Origin: Deltaproteobacteria bacterium
GTDB taxonomy: Bacteria; Desulfobacterota; JADFXK01
Assembly (NCBI GenBank): GCA_015233055.1
Contig: JADFYN010000004.1
Span: forward strand, 2,039-49,213
Direction of reading: 5' to 3'
DNA length: 47,175 bases
The stretch's first letter is position 1. Every line of letters begins with the position of its first letter. The translations under genes and the position numbers were made by a program. The notes below the pieces were generated by a model, which was not told where the DNA came from, did not search any database, and saw only the letters and a list, made by a program, of their open reading frames with translations. Shown here in pieces: positions 21,069 through 32,597 of this stretch.

Positions 21069-21586
21069 AATCCTTCGTGATCTTTTTTTTCTTCGGGCTG
21101 GCCGTCCTGGTTAGTCAAACGGCCATTTTGGCCGGGTTGCCTTACGCTGAATACCTTGATTTGGTCAATATTTTTGTCATCTATCTCGGGTTTTCACAAA
21201 CTTATCTGCCTGGCTTATTGATCAGTGTCCTAATGGGTTTTTTAGTGGATATGTTGTCAGGAGAGTTCCTGGGGCTCTACATGACCATATATTATGTGGT
21301 ATTCATCATCACCTATCAAATTTGGATCCATTTTAATATCAGAATGGCCTTCTATCAGGCTTTTATCGTTTTCATCTCAAGTATTGTAAAAGGCTTTGTT
21401 TTATTGGGCGGTTTAGTTGTGTTCACTTCGGATAGCATTCAGGTCTTACCTTTCTTGAAGTTCTCGTTCGTTCAGGCCGTCACGGGGGCCCTGGCCAGCC
21501 CTATTATCTTTTATTTTTTTGCCAAATTTGATCAATACCAAAGGCGGCTGCTTCAGAAAACACCTCACGCCGAGCAGAGTGGATAA
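21065..21586 (+). CDS. mreD: Rod shape-determining protein MreD
   Basis: A polytopic hydrophobic 173-aa ORF. It overlaps the mreC stop in an ATGA arrangement and follows the synteny mreBCD. Confidence 0.8.
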   Translation: MKSFVIFFFFGLAVLVSQTAILAGLPYAEYLDLVNIFVIYLGFSQTYLPGLLISVLMGFLVDMLSGEFLGLYMTIYYVVFIITYQIWIHFNIRMAFYQAFIVFISSIVKGFVLLGGLVVFTSDSIQVLPFLKFSFVQAVTGALASPIIFYFFAKFDQYQRRLLQKTPHAEQSG

Positions 21587-21660
21587 TCTGACCACCAATT
21601 TCGTTATATATCGGCCGACTTCACCTGTCGGTATCGCCCGAAAGCGAGGACATCATTGTC

Positions 21661-23598
21661 TTGGGGGTGAATTCTTTGAAGCATAGCGATCTGTTGGATA
21701 CCTATGATCCTGAAGAACATCGTCTCCGGATTTCCATCTTCGCCATATCAATGGCCGTGGTTCTCCTTTTGCTTCTGGTCCACTTGTGGTATCTCCAAAT
21801 CATTAAGGGGCAGGAATACAAGCACCTGTCAGAGAATAATCGGGTCAGGTTTCTTGACGTGTTGCCGGCGCGTGGGCTGATCCTGGATCGTAATGGAATT
21901 TTGTTGGCCGACAACCGGCCCTCTTACAATCTCGCCGTGACCTTGGAAGACGTCCCGGACCCGGATGCCCTGGTCGCAAATTTGTCAAAAATTCTTGACA
22001 TGCCCGCCGCGCTTTTGGAAGAACGAATCAACAAGGCCCGGAACGTGCCGTTTAAGTCTCATCGGATCAAGAGCGATATTCAATGGGATGAATTAGCTAA
22101 AATAGAAACGAACAAACTGATTCTACCCGGTGTCTCCATTGAAATTGAGCCGCGGCGAAACTATGTTCTTAAAAGTGCCGCCTCCCATATGATCGGGTAC
22201 CTGGGCGAAATAACCCTCCCCCAGCTCAAAAGCGGCCGATATACGATTAATAAACCGGGTGACCAGGTTGGAAAATCAGGCATCGAAAAAGAATGGCAAG
22301 TCTCCTTAAACGGGCAGAGGGGACAGCGACAGATAGAGGTGGATGCGGCGGGCCGGGAACTAAAAGAGCTAAGCCACCAAGATCCCATACCAGGGAACAA
22401 TCTGTATCTGACCATTGATATTCGTCTTCAAATGGTGGCCGAGGAGGCGCTCCGGGGCAATGCCGGGGCCATCGTGGCCATGGACCCGCGCAATGGGTTC
22501 ATTCTGGCCATGGCCAGCTCACCGGCGTTTGATCAAAATGTGTTTGTCCGAGGATTGAGTTCCGGAGAATGGAAAGATCTGGTTAATCGACCAGACCATC
22601 CCCTGGAGAATCGGGCCATTCAAGGCCAATACCCGCCTGGGTCCACTTTTAAGATTATTACCGCCATCGCCGGCCTGGAAAAAGGGGTGATCACACCCGA
22701 TACCAGATTAAGCTGTGCCGGTTCATATGCTCTGGGCAACGGCGTGTACCGATGTTGGAGAAAAGAAGGCCACGGCAGCATCAGCCTGAACCGGGCCATA
22801 GTCGATTCCTGTGATGTCTATTTTTATAAAGTCGGCCAGAAGCTCGGCGTAGATAACATCGCCACTTACGCCAGAGACCTGGGGCTGGGTCAGGTTACGG
22901 GCATTAACTTGGCCAACGAAAAGCCGGGCCTTGTCCCGGACAGAGAATGGAAGGTTCGCCGGTTCAAAGAATCTTGGCAGAAGGGAGAGACTTTGCCGGT
23001 GGCCATCGGCCAGGGTTTTGATCTGGCCACCCCGCTGCAAATGGCACAAGTTATCTCGACCATGGCCAACAAGGGCATTATTTATAAACCAACAGTGGTG
23101 GCCCAGATTGAGAAAGTCGGCGGCGGCGGGGTGACCAAGATCGCGCCAGAGGTGCTTCGTCACATAGATGCGTCACCTCGAAACATCGAAGCGGTTCGGA
23201 ACGGCCTGCTGGGGGTGGTGGAAGGCGGGACCGGGACGCGAGCCAAAATACCGGGGATAAAAGTGGCCGGTAAGACTGGAACAGCCCAGGTGATCAAGAT
23301 AGGAAAAATCAGACTGAAGCTACAGCAGTTGCCCTATAAATACCGTGACCATGCCTGGTTTGTCGCTTTTGCCCCTTACGACAGCCCGGAAATCGCCGTT
23401 TCCGTTCTGATGGAACACGCCGGACACGGAGGCAGCACGGCCGGACCAATAGCTAAAAGGGTGATCGAGGCTTTCTTTGCTTTAAAGAACAATTCCAAGG
23501 AATGGGAGCAGACCTTGCAGGCCTTGCTCAAAAACTATACCGAAGATCCCGGCGACCTGGCCAATCAGTTCCATGAGGCTAGATCGCATGTTGATTGA
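21661..23598 (+). CDS. mrdA: Penicillin-binding protein 2 (elongasome transpeptidase)
   Basis: SxxK (GSTFKI), SxD (SCDVYF) and KTG (GKTGTAQ). N-terminal TM plus a PBP dimerisation domain. Confidence 0.93.
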   Translation: MGVNSLKHSDLLDTYDPEEHRLRISIFAISMAVVLLLLLVHLWYLQIIKGQEYKHLSENNRVRFLDVLPARGLILDRNGILLADNRPSYNLAVTLEDVPDPDALVANLSKILDMPAALLEERINKARNVPFKSHRIKSDIQWDELAKIETNKLILPGVSIEIEPRRNYVLKSAASHMIGYLGEITLPQLKSGRYTINKPGDQVGKSGIEKEWQVSLNGQRGQRQIEVDAAGRELKELSHQDPIPGNNLYLTIDIRLQMVAEEALRGNAGAIVAMDPRNGFILAMASSPAFDQNVFVRGLSSGEWKDLVNRPDHPLENRAIQGQYPPGSTFKIITAIAGLEKGVITPDTRLSCAGSYALGNGVYRCWRKEGHGSISLNRAIVDSCDVYFYKVGQKLGVDNIATYARDLGLGQVTGINLANEKPGLVPDREWKVRRFKESWQKGETLPVAIGQGFDLATPLQMAQVISTMANKGIIYKPTVVAQIEKVGGGGVTKIAPEVLRHIDASPRNIEAVRNGLLGVVEGGTGTRAKIPGIKVAGKTGTAQVIKIGKIRLKLQQLPYKYRDHAWFVAFAPYDSPEIAVSVLMEHAGHGGSTAGPIAKRVIEAFFALKNNSKEWEQTLQALLKNYTEDPGDLANQFHEARSHVD

Positions 23599-24721
23599 CC
23601 GCAGACTAATCAATAACTTCGATTGGCTCCTGTTGATGGTGGTTTTGATCATCGCCTCGATCGGGGTGCTTAATCTTTATAGCGCAACATTTTCCACCTA
23701 TGGCGGGATCGGCCAGAGAATCTATGTAAAACAAATATATTGGGTGATTATGGGCTTGTGCTGTATGATTGCGAGCCTGAGTTTTGACTATCATAAGTTT
23801 CAGAGCTACGCTTACCCGGCATATTTTATTAATCTGTTTTTTCTAGTTGTCGTGTTGGTCATCGGCCGGGCCATATCAGGTTCCCAGCGGTGGATCAACT
23901 TGGGTTTTTTTTCCTATCAGCCTTCAGAGTCCATGAAGGTAATTCTAATCATGGTCCTGGCCAAATATTCTTGTCTGAATGAAGTTAAGGATGGATATTC
24001 ACTTAGAGATCTGGTTACGCCTGCGCTCTTGGTATTGATGCCGGCGGTTTTGATTCTGAAGGAACCTGATTTGGGCAGCGCCTTTATTCTGGTTCTGCTG
24101 TCGAGCATCATGTTTCTATTTGTCCGAATAAAATGGAAAACGCTAACCTTGATAACTATTTCAGGGATAGCCGCGGCGCCCCTGGCCTGGCATTTTATGA
24201 AAGATTACCAAAGGAATCGGATCCTGACCTTCATCTCTCCCGACAATGATCCACTGGGCGCGGGATATCACATCATTCAATCCAAAATTGCAGTTGGATC
24301 AGGGCAATTTTGGGGCAAAGGTTTTCTAAAAGGCACTCAAAGCCAATTGAAATTTCTACCGGAGCAACACACTGATTTTGCTTTTTCAGTGCTGGCTGAG
24401 GAGTGGGGATTAATGGGGTCGTTGGTTTTGATCTTGCTCTTTCTCATCCTGGTTCTCTGGGGTCTTAATATTGCCCAAAGATCTCGAGACCAATATGGCA
24501 ACATGCTGGCTTTTGGGGTTGTTTCTTACCTTTTCTTGGAGATAGTCATAAATGTGGGAATGGTCACCGGCGTTTTACCGGTTGTCGGAATTCCGCTGCC
24601 ACTCATCAGTTATGGCGGGTCGTCGGTCATTTCTACCATGATTTCCTTAGGGATACTCATGAATATCAGCATGAGACGGTTCATTTTTCATTCCGCAGGG
24701 AGTGGGCAAGAAACATCTTGA
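23573..24721 (+). CDS. rodA: SEDS peptidoglycan polymerase RodA
   Basis: FtsW/RodA family (QPSESMKV, FLPEQHTDFAFS, PLPLISYGGSS). An alternative ATG lies at 23588. Confidence 0.93.
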   Translation: MRLDRMLIDRRLINNFDWLLLMVVLIIASIGVLNLYSATFSTYGGIGQRIYVKQIYWVIMGLCCMIASLSFDYHKFQSYAYPAYFINLFFLVVVLVIGRAISGSQRWINLGFFSYQPSESMKVILIMVLAKYSCLNEVKDGYSLRDLVTPALLVLMPAVLILKEPDLGSAFILVLLSSIMFLFVRIKWKTLTLITISGIAAAPLAWHFMKDYQRNRILTFISPDNDPLGAGYHIIQSKIAVGSGQFWGKGFLKGTQSQLKFLPEQHTDFAFSVLAEEWGLMGSLVLILLFLILVLWGLNIAQRSRDQYGNMLAFGVVSYLFLEIVINVGMVTGVLPVVGIPLPLISYGGSSVISTMISLGILMNISMRRFIFHSAGSGQETS

Positions 24722-24825
24722 CGGGTTTTGCTTACCGGGATTCGCCCCTGGGTCCAATGCCTCAATCGAAAGAGGTTATTGGTCCAGGTCGGGGGTAAAA
24801 GGCACGATTAAGGGAGATTCCGAAC

Positions 24826-25230
24826 ATGAAGAGCAGGTTCCAGAAGCATAAGACCGGAGAGATTAAAGCTTTCCTGGGCAAAGACACGGAATCGGAAGGG
24901 AAGCTCACTTTTACCGGTACGGTTCAAGTCGATGGACTTTTCACCGGAGAAATTAATTCCTCAGGGGTTTTAATTATCGGCCAAACGGCCAAGATTAATT
25001 CTCAGGTGCGGGCGGATGTAGTGATTATCAGCGGAGAGATGAGAGGTGATCTATTCATCCGAGAAAGAGTTGAAATAAAGGAGCCGGGGCGATTTTATGG
25101 AAAGGTGGAAACTCCCTGCCTGGTCATCGAAGAAGGAGCCATTTTTGAAGGTTTTTCTAAAATGTCTGTGCCTGAAAGAGTGGATTCACCCCTTGGCGGA
25201 GAATCGGTTGATCCTGAGAGACCGATATGA
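24826..25230 (+). CDS. Bactofilin-family cytoskeletal protein
   Basis: 134 aa with a repetitive beta-helix pattern (GKLTFTGTVQVDGLFTGEINSSGVLIIGQTAKINSQVRADVVIISGEMRGDL). GGGAG RBS. Confidence 0.85.
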   Translation: MKSRFQKHKTGEIKAFLGKDTESEGKLTFTGTVQVDGLFTGEINSSGVLIIGQTAKINSQVRADVVIISGEMRGDLFIRERVEIKEPGRFYGKVETPCLVIEEGAIFEGFSKMSVPERVDSPLGGESVDPERPI

Positions 25231-25328
25231 TGTTCCCAAACGCCTGGATAACCGGGCATGACGTCCAAGAAGCTCAGCGAGTTGCGCCAAAGCAGGGGAA
25301 AAAAAATGGTTCGTTTTCAAAAAAACCT

Positions 25329-25357
25329 TTGACAGATGAACCAAAATAAGGTAATGG
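25329..25357 (+). promoter_or_regulatory. Possible sigma70 promoter of the atp operon (TTGACA-17-TAATGG)
   Basis: Perfect -35 hexamer but a weak -10. It lies 75 nt upstream of the first atp gene. Confidence 0.3.
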
Positions 25358-25431
25358 TTTTTTCCGTTTGGCGTGCTGTTTTTACAACTAATCTAACCTA
25401 TTAATCAATATTTCCACCAGCGGGGTGATTC

Positions 25432-25860
25432 ATGGTTAGCATTGACGTTTCCCTATTCATCCAGATGGGAAATTTCCTCATTCTGGTCTGGCTCTTAAAC
25501 ATGTTCCTCTATCGGCCGATCCGAGAAATCTTGCGGAAGCGCAGCCAAAGGATTGCAACTTTGCAGAATGATCTCAACAAGTTCGAGCAAAGTATCAACC
25601 GCAAGAAAGAAGAGATTAAGGCTGCCCTCGACCTGGCCAAGGCGAAAGGGTTGGAAGAAAAGAGCAGACTCAAATCCTCAGCAAAGGAAGACGAAAAATC
25701 CTTACTGCAAGAGGCGAATCAAAAGGCCGATGAAATAATGAAGAAGATAACGGCCCAGATATCCGACGAATTCTCCCAGGCCAAGAAATCACTGGAGACG
25801 CAGGCAGAGACCTTTTCCACGGCTATGGCCGAGAAGATTCTAGGTAGAGGGATAAAATGA
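25432..25860 (+). CDS. F-type ATP synthase Fo subunit b' (b-type stalk protein)
   Basis: A single N-terminal TM followed by a long charged helix. First of two tandem b-type genes. Confidence 0.85.
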   Translation: MVSIDVSLFIQMGNFLILVWLLNMFLYRPIREILRKRSQRIATLQNDLNKFEQSINRKKEEIKAALDLAKAKGLEEKSRLKSSAKEDEKSLLQEANQKADEIMKKITAQISDEFSQAKKSLETQAETFSTAMAEKILGRGIK

Positions 25861-26471
25861 TAAAATCAAATCGGATGAAGTCCATAATTAAAAAAAGTTG
25901 GCCGACGGTCTTGGCCGCCGTTCTGCTGGTGGGTCTTTACTCGGTGGCGCTGGCTTCTGGCGATGGCGGCCACGAAGGCGCCGTTGACTCCGCCAAGATT
26001 TGGGATCTGGTTAAGAGAGCAGTTAATTTTATACTGCTGCTGGGTATCTTGATCTATGTCCTCCGGAAGCCCATAAAGGAATTCTTCAGCCACCGCCGGG
26101 AGGATATCAAACAAACGTTGGAAGATATCGAAGCGAAGAAGGAATCTGTTCGGCTGGCCTACCTGGAATATGAGCAGAGGTTGTCCGTCCTCAAAGGAGA
26201 ACGGGACAAAATCATCCAGGAGTTCCGGCTCCAAGGTGAGGCTGAAAGGGCAAGAATTATTGCCGGCGCCAAGCTGATGGCCAAGCGAATTCAAGAACAG
26301 GCGCAAAATACTATCAAGCAAGAAATTAGTAACGCCAAAAATCTTCTCCGCACTGAGATTGCCGACCTGGCCGCCCGTACTGCCAAAGATATCCTAGAAA
26401 GAGAAATCCAGCCGACGGACCACGCTCGCCTGATTGATGACTTCATCTCGAAAGTGGGGGAGACAAATTGA
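25857..26471 (+). CDS. atpF: F-type ATP synthase Fo subunit b
   Basis: TM plus a long charged coiled coil. It overlaps the previous stop in an ATGA arrangement and precedes delta. Confidence 0.85.
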   Translation: MIKSNRMKSIIKKSWPTVLAAVLLVGLYSVALASGDGGHEGAVDSAKIWDLVKRAVNFILLLGILIYVLRKPIKEFFSHRREDIKQTLEDIEAKKESVRLAYLEYEQRLSVLKGERDKIIQEFRLQGEAERARIIAGAKLMAKRIQEQAQNTIKQEISNAKNLLRTEIADLAARTAKDILEREIQPTDHARLIDDFISKVGETN

Positions 26472-27019
26472 CCAACACATCTATCTCCAAACGTTACGCC
26501 AAGGCTCTGTTGAATATCGGAACGGAGGACGGTAACCTCCAGCTCTATGGACAAGAACTGGATATTTTTTCCCAACTGTGTCTAAAAAGCCCGGATTTCC
26601 TGCATGCCGTCTCAAATCCAATATTCGATCAAGAAACCAGAAAAAAGGTCTTGCGGGCCGTGTTGGATAAACTTGGTTTATCTATAATTGCTAATAATTT
26701 TTTGCAGTTGCTCTTGGAGAAACGCCGAATTGGTTATATCCAATATATAACTAAGTATTATCACCAACTTACCGACGCGATATCAAACGTTGTCAGGGCT
26801 CATATCACTTCCGCGGTTGAGATGACGACTGATGCTCGGACAAGGATTATCACGGCCCTTGAGTTAGTGACCAAAAAAAGGGTCGAGGTTGATGTTGCTA
26901 TTGATCCCTCGTTGATCGGTGGGGTGACTGCTAAAGTCGGCGACCTCATCTTTGATGGAAGCGTTAGGACGCAACTGGCGACTTTGAAAGAATCTCTAAA
27001 AATGGGAGAGTTTGCCTGA
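26468..27019 (+). CDS. atpH: F-type ATP synthase F1 subunit delta (OSCP)
   Basis: OSCP-like sequence ([10 protein letters not shown]...[21 protein letters not shown]). TTG start after GGGGGAG. Confidence 0.88.
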   Translation: MTNTSISKRYAKALLNIGTEDGNLQLYGQELDIFSQLCLKSPDFLHAVSNPIFDQETRKKVLRAVLDKLGLSIIANNFLQLLLEKRRIGYIQYITKYYHQLTDAISNVVRAHITSAVEMTTDARTRIITALELVTKKRVEVDVAIDPSLIGGVTAKVGDLIFDGSVRTQLATLKESLKMGEFA

Positions 27020-28527
27020 TGGAAATCAAAGCTGAAGAAATAAGCCAGATTATAAGAGGCCAAATCAAGGATTATGATAAGAAGGTAGAGGTCTCCGAAA
27101 CGGGCACCGTTCTATCCGTCGGCGACGGCATCGCCCGGGTATATGGTGTTGAAAAGGCCATGGCCATGGAAATGCTTGAGTTTCCCGGCGGTATTTTCGG
27201 CCTTTGCCTGAATCTGGAAGAGGATAACGTCGGTGTGGCCATTATGGGCGATGTCAGCCAGATCAAAGAAGGCGACACTGTCAAAAGGACCGGGCGCATT
27301 GCTGAAGTCCCCGTGGGCGATGCGGTCTTGGGCCGGGTTATTGATGCCGTAGGGTTGCCTATTGACGGCAAGGGGCCCATTGACGCCAAAGAGTTTCGCC
27401 GGATGGAACTGGTTGCCCCAGGCGTTATCGCCCGGTCGCCGGTCAACGAACCCATGTATACCGGGATCAAGGCCATCGACGCCATGACTCCCATCGGGCG
27501 CGGCCAGCGTGAATTGATCATCGGTGACCGGCAGATCGGCAAGACTGCGGTTTGTGTCGATGCCATTCTGAATCAGAAGAATACTGATGTTTATTGTATC
27601 TATGTTGCCGTCGGCCAAAAGAAATCCACGGTCGCCCAGGTCGTGGACATCTTTAAACAGCATGGCGCCATGGAGTACACCACCGTTGTGGCCGCCTGCG
27701 CCAGTGACCCGGCCACCATGCAGTACATTGCTCCCTATGCCGGCTGCGCCATCGGCGAATACTATCGAGACAGCGGCCGTCACGCCCTGATCATTTACGC
27801 CGCTCTGTCAAAACAGGCCGTGGCCTATCGTCAGGTCTCCCTGCTGCTCAGGCGGCCACCGGGACGTGAGGCTTTCCCCGGCGACATCTTTTACAACCAC
27901 TCTCGGCTGTTGGAACGGTCCGCCAAATTAAATGAAAAGCTGGGATTCGGCTCCTTAACCGCCCTGCCGATCATCGAAACTCAGGCCGGTGATGTGTCCG
28001 CTTACATCCCGACCAACGTTATTTCCATTACCGATGGTCAGGTTTACCTCGAACCAAGCCTGTTCTTTTCCGGCGTCAGACCGGCCATCAACGTTGGTCT
28101 GTCGGTCTCTCGAGTCGGCGGCGCCGCTCAAACCAAAGCCATGAAACAGGTGGCCGGCAGTTTGCGTCTTGACCTGGCTCAATACCGGGAGTTGGAAGCC
28201 TTTGCCCAGTTCGGCTCAGATTTGGATAAGAATACCCTGGCTCAATTAAATCGCGGCCGCCGTCTGGTTGAAGTGTTGAAGCAACCGCAATATAAACCTA
28301 TGCTGGCCGAGCATGAAGTCGCCATTTTGTTTGCTGGGGCTAAAGGCTTTCTCGATGAGCATCCGGTTGAATCTATGGCTGCTTATGAAAGTCAGATGCT
28401 GGAGTTCATGGAAACAAAACACCCGGATCTTCTTAAAGAAATCGCAGACAAGAAGAAAATTGAACCGGCGTTAGAAGAAAAACTGATTAACGCTCTTAAA
28501 GAGTTCAAACAGGTGTTTCAACCGTAA
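27019..28527 (+). CDS. atpA: F-type ATP synthase F1 subunit alpha
   Basis: Near full-length identity blocks to alpha subunits ([32 protein letters not shown]). See the finding on atypical P-loop and Walker B residues. Confidence 0.96.
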   Translation: MEIKAEEISQIIRGQIKDYDKKVEVSETGTVLSVGDGIARVYGVEKAMAMEMLEFPGGIFGLCLNLEEDNVGVAIMGDVSQIKEGDTVKRTGRIAEVPVGDAVLGRVIDAVGLPIDGKGPIDAKEFRRMELVAPGVIARSPVNEPMYTGIKAIDAMTPIGRGQRELIIGDRQIGKTAVCVDAILNQKNTDVYCIYVAVGQKKSTVAQVVDIFKQHGAMEYTTVVAACASDPATMQYIAPYAGCAIGEYYRDSGRHALIIYAALSKQAVAYRQVSLLLRRPPGREAFPGDIFYNHSRLLERSAKLNEKLGFGSLTALPIIETQAGDVSAYIPTNVISITDGQVYLEPSLFFSGVRPAINVGLSVSRVGGAAQTKAMKQVAGSLRLDLAQYRELEAFAQFGSDLDKNTLAQLNRGRRLVEVLKQPQYKPMLAEHEVAILFAGAKGFLDEHPVESMAAYESQMLEFMETKHPDLLKEIADKKKIEPALEEKLINALKEFKQVFQP

Positions 28528-28561
28528 CTAACTAGCCGGCAAACGGACTGAAAGATAACCT

Positions 28562-29446
28562 ATGGCGACTCTAAAAGATATTCTTCGAAAAATTGGGGCG
28601 GTAAAAAAGACCAAACAGATCACTCGGGCCATGAATATGGTGGCTGCCGCAAGACTGCGTGGGGCCCAGTCTAAGATGGAAAACTTCGAGCCATACGCTC
28701 GTAAGTTCTCCGAAGTCCTGGGCAATTTATCCTCACGTTTAGAGCCGGATATTCATCCGCTGCTGACTCCCAAGGAAGAGATTAAAAAGATCCGTGTGGT
28801 CTTAATGACCTCCGATCGGGGACTGTGCGGTAGTTTTAATATGAATCTCATAAATCGGGCGGAGAAGTTGCTCAAACAAAAGCAGGCTGCGGGTATGGAA
28901 GTTGATTTGACCTGCATCGGCAAGAAAGGGCGAGATTTCTTTCGCAGAAAACCGTACCCCATCAACTCGGAATATGTTGGTATTTTGGGCCGGGTTGAAA
29001 TAGGACTTGTCAACAACATCGCCAGTTCCTTTATAAAGGCTTTTTTGGGTGAAGTTGAACCGGTAGTTGACGAGGTGTACCTGGTTTACTCCCGATTTAT
29101 GGGTATGAGCAAGCAGGTGCCTGATGTGGTTAAGCTCCTTCCCATCACTCCGCCGGACCAATCGGAGACAGCCCAATTTGGTCCCACCTTGGAATACTTG
29201 TGTGAACCTTCAGCCGCAAGCCTGATGATCGACCTGCTGCCTAAGCACATAAGTGTACAAATATATAATGCCTTCTTGCAGACCGAGACAAGTGAACATG
29301 CCGCCCGCATGGCGTCTATGGATAACGCCACCAAAAACTGCAATGAAATGGTCCAAAATCTTACCCTGGTTTATAACAAGGCCCGGCAGGCGGCTATAAC
29401 CAAGGAGTTGATGGACATCGTCGGCGGCGCTGAGGCGTTGAAGTAA
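28562..29446 (+). CDS. atpG: F-type ATP synthase F1 subunit gamma
   Basis: N-terminal IKKTKQITRAMNMVAAARLR and C-terminal ARQAAITKELMDIVGGAEAL. Confidence 0.95.
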   Translation: MATLKDILRKIGAVKKTKQITRAMNMVAAARLRGAQSKMENFEPYARKFSEVLGNLSSRLEPDIHPLLTPKEEIKKIRVVLMTSDRGLCGSFNMNLINRAEKLLKQKQAAGMEVDLTCIGKKGRDFFRRKPYPINSEYVGILGRVEIGLVNNIASSFIKAFLGEVEPVVDEVYLVYSRFMGMSKQVPDVVKLLPITPPDQSETAQFGPTLEYLCEPSAASLMIDLLPKHISVQIYNAFLQTETSEHAARMASMDNATKNCNEMVQNLTLVYNKARQAAITKELMDIVGGAEALK

Positions 29447-29489
29447 TATTCTAAGAATAAAACTACTTAAAACTCCTGGGAGGCCGTGA

Positions 29490-30902
<1,413 letters not shown>

Positions 30903-30929
30903 TAGCCGTAAAAAAGGGACGGTGATTAA

Positions 30930-31361
30930 ATGACTGAGAAGCACTTGGAACATAGGCTGCTGCTGGAGGTGGTTACGCCCAGCAGGATGGTCGTCAGCAA
31001 AGTCGTCGATATTGCTGTCGCCCCAGGGGTAATGGGCGAATTCGGCGTGCTGGTTAGTCACATTCCGTTTTTGACCTCATTGCAGGTTGGAGAAATGAGG
31101 TATCGGGTCGGTAAGGAAGAGGAACGCCTTTTTATCTCAGGCGGTTTTGCTGAGGTGTCCAACAATAAGATGACGATCCTCGCAGATGCGGCCGAACCAC
31201 CGGAAAAGATTGACCTTGAGCGGGCCAGACGGGCCAGAGAAAGGGCCGAAAAACGAGTGGCCCAAGCCGCAAAAGATGAAGCTGTTGATTTCGCCCGAGC
31301 TGAGGCTGCCTTGCGACGGGCCATAGCTAGAATAAGCATCGCGTCCAAAAAAAGAATGTGA
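30930..31361 (+). CDS. atpC: F-type ATP synthase F1 subunit epsilon
   Basis: An N-terminal beta-sandwich pattern and a C-terminal helical hairpin rich in A/R/E. Last gene of the operon. Confidence 0.9.
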   Translation: MTEKHLEHRLLLEVVTPSRMVVSKVVDIAVAPGVMGEFGVLVSHIPFLTSLQVGEMRYRVGKEEERLFISGGFAEVSNNKMTILADAAEPPEKIDLERARRARERAEKRVAQAAKDEAVDFARAEAALRRAIARISIASKKRM

Positions 31362-31380
31362 CGTCTAACTTGATTCCTTA

Positions 31381-31414
31381 GGGCAGGGCCGCCCAGGTCT
31401 TGCCCTTTTTTTTT
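31381..31414 (+). terminator. Rho-independent terminator of the atp operon
   Basis: A 10-bp GC-rich stem (GGGCAGGGCC / GGTCTTGCCC) with a 5-nt loop, followed by T9. Confidence 0.8.
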
Positions 31415-31429
31415 GTTCCGGGTGAAATT

Positions 31430-32176
31430 TTGAAAGATGTTTCTGCCATTGTCTTAGCTGCGGGCCAAGGGACTCGAATGAAGTCCGGCCTAGCCAAAGT
31501 CCTTCATCCTCTTTCCGGCCGGCCGATGCTTTCTTATGTGATTGATACTTTGTTACTCTGTGGTCTCAATAGCATTTATGTAGTCATCGGGTATCAGGCC
31601 GAGCGGGTCCGGCAAGTCTTTGATAATCCGAATCTGACTATGGTGCTTCAGGAATCCCAAAGAGGAACAGGTCATGCGGTCAAGTGCTGTGCTGAAGTGA
31701 TGGCGGCTTTTGACGGCCCGGTTATTATCTTGTGTGGCGACGTCCCATTGTTGGAACAGGCTACCCTCCAAAGCTTCTACCGCCATTATCTGGAAACATC
31801 TGCGGTCCTTAGTGTTATGACTGTCCAGGTTGACAATCCTTCAGGGTATGGCCGGATTATAAAAAACGATCATGGGTCGGTTTCGGCCATTATTGAACAT
31901 AAGGATGCCACCCCTGATCAGCTTTGTGTAAAAGAGATCAACACGGGTATTTATTTGGTCGACTCCCGCCTTCTCTTCAGGTTGGTTAATGAACTGAAGG
32001 ATGATAATAAGGCCCGGGAATATTATTTGACCGATATTGTTGGACTGGCGTCCAGCCGAGGGCTTCGGGTGACCGCCTTTTGTGTCGAAGATTCATCCGA
32101 AGTGATGGGCATCAACACCCGGGAGGATCTGGCCAAGGCCGAAAGTTATCTTAACCTGAAACGGCTTCATAAATAA
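31430..32176 (+). CDS. GlmU-like sugar-1-phosphate nucleotidylyltransferase (N-terminal pyrophosphorylase domain only)
   Basis: LAAGQGTRMKS, RGTGHAV, CGDVPLL, IIEHKDAT, EINTGIY and EYYLTDI. No left-handed beta-helix domain. The start is moved to the TTG at 31430 because the track start at 31400 lies inside the terminator hairpin. Confidence 0.82.
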   Translation: MKDVSAIVLAAGQGTRMKSGLAKVLHPLSGRPMLSYVIDTLLLCGLNSIYVVIGYQAERVRQVFDNPNLTMVLQESQRGTGHAVKCCAEVMAAFDGPVIILCGDVPLLEQATLQSFYRHYLETSAVLSVMTVQVDNPSGYGRIIKNDHGSVSAIIEHKDATPDQLCVKEINTGIYLVDSRLLFRLVNELKDDNKAREYYLTDIVGLASSRGLRVTAFCVEDSSEVMGINTREDLAKAESYLNLKRLHK

Positions 32177-32305
32177 TAGATGTTGAGGGTGTTGGAATCA
32201 TCGGCGAACAGACAGTGTTTGTCGGCCCGTATGTTTTAGGCCGGCCGTTGGTGTAACCAGGCGGTGAACCCTTCCCGCCCGGCAATTGACGGTGCAAACT
32301 ATCGC

Positions 32306-32335
32306 TTGACTTTTATTCTGAAAATAGGTTAACAT
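32306..32335 (+). promoter_or_regulatory. Possible sigma70 promoter for zapB-zapA-ssrS (TTGACT-18-TAACAT)
   Basis: The hexamers were read directly. They lie 30-60 nt upstream of the zapB-like start. Confidence 0.4.
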
Positions 32336-32363
32336 ATATGGGACGGGTTGATGAGGATCAGAG

Positions 32364-32585
32364 ATGGAGCCCAACCGGATTGACTTGCTGGAGGATATAA
32401 TTAAACGCCTGGTGGCGGGTTATCGCAAGCTATCTCTTGAAAATGAAGAATTATCTATACAACTAGGTAAGTTGACGGAAAAATTTAGACTTAAACCCCA
32501 AGCTGAATTGCTTAATCAAACCGAAAAGGATCGAATCATCACAGAGCTCGAATTGGTAATCAAAAAAATAGACTCTATCATATAG
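32364..32585 (+). CDS. ZapB-like coiled-coil protein
   Basis: 73 aa, heptad-rich (LLEDIIKRLVAGYRKLSLENEELSIQLGKL). It sits immediately upstream of zapA and has a GAGGA RBS. Confidence 0.5.
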   Translation: MEPNRIDLLEDIIKRLVAGYRKLSLENEELSIQLGKLTEKFRLKPQAELLNQTEKDRIITELELVIKKIDSII

Positions 32586-32597
32586 CTTGAGGTTTTT

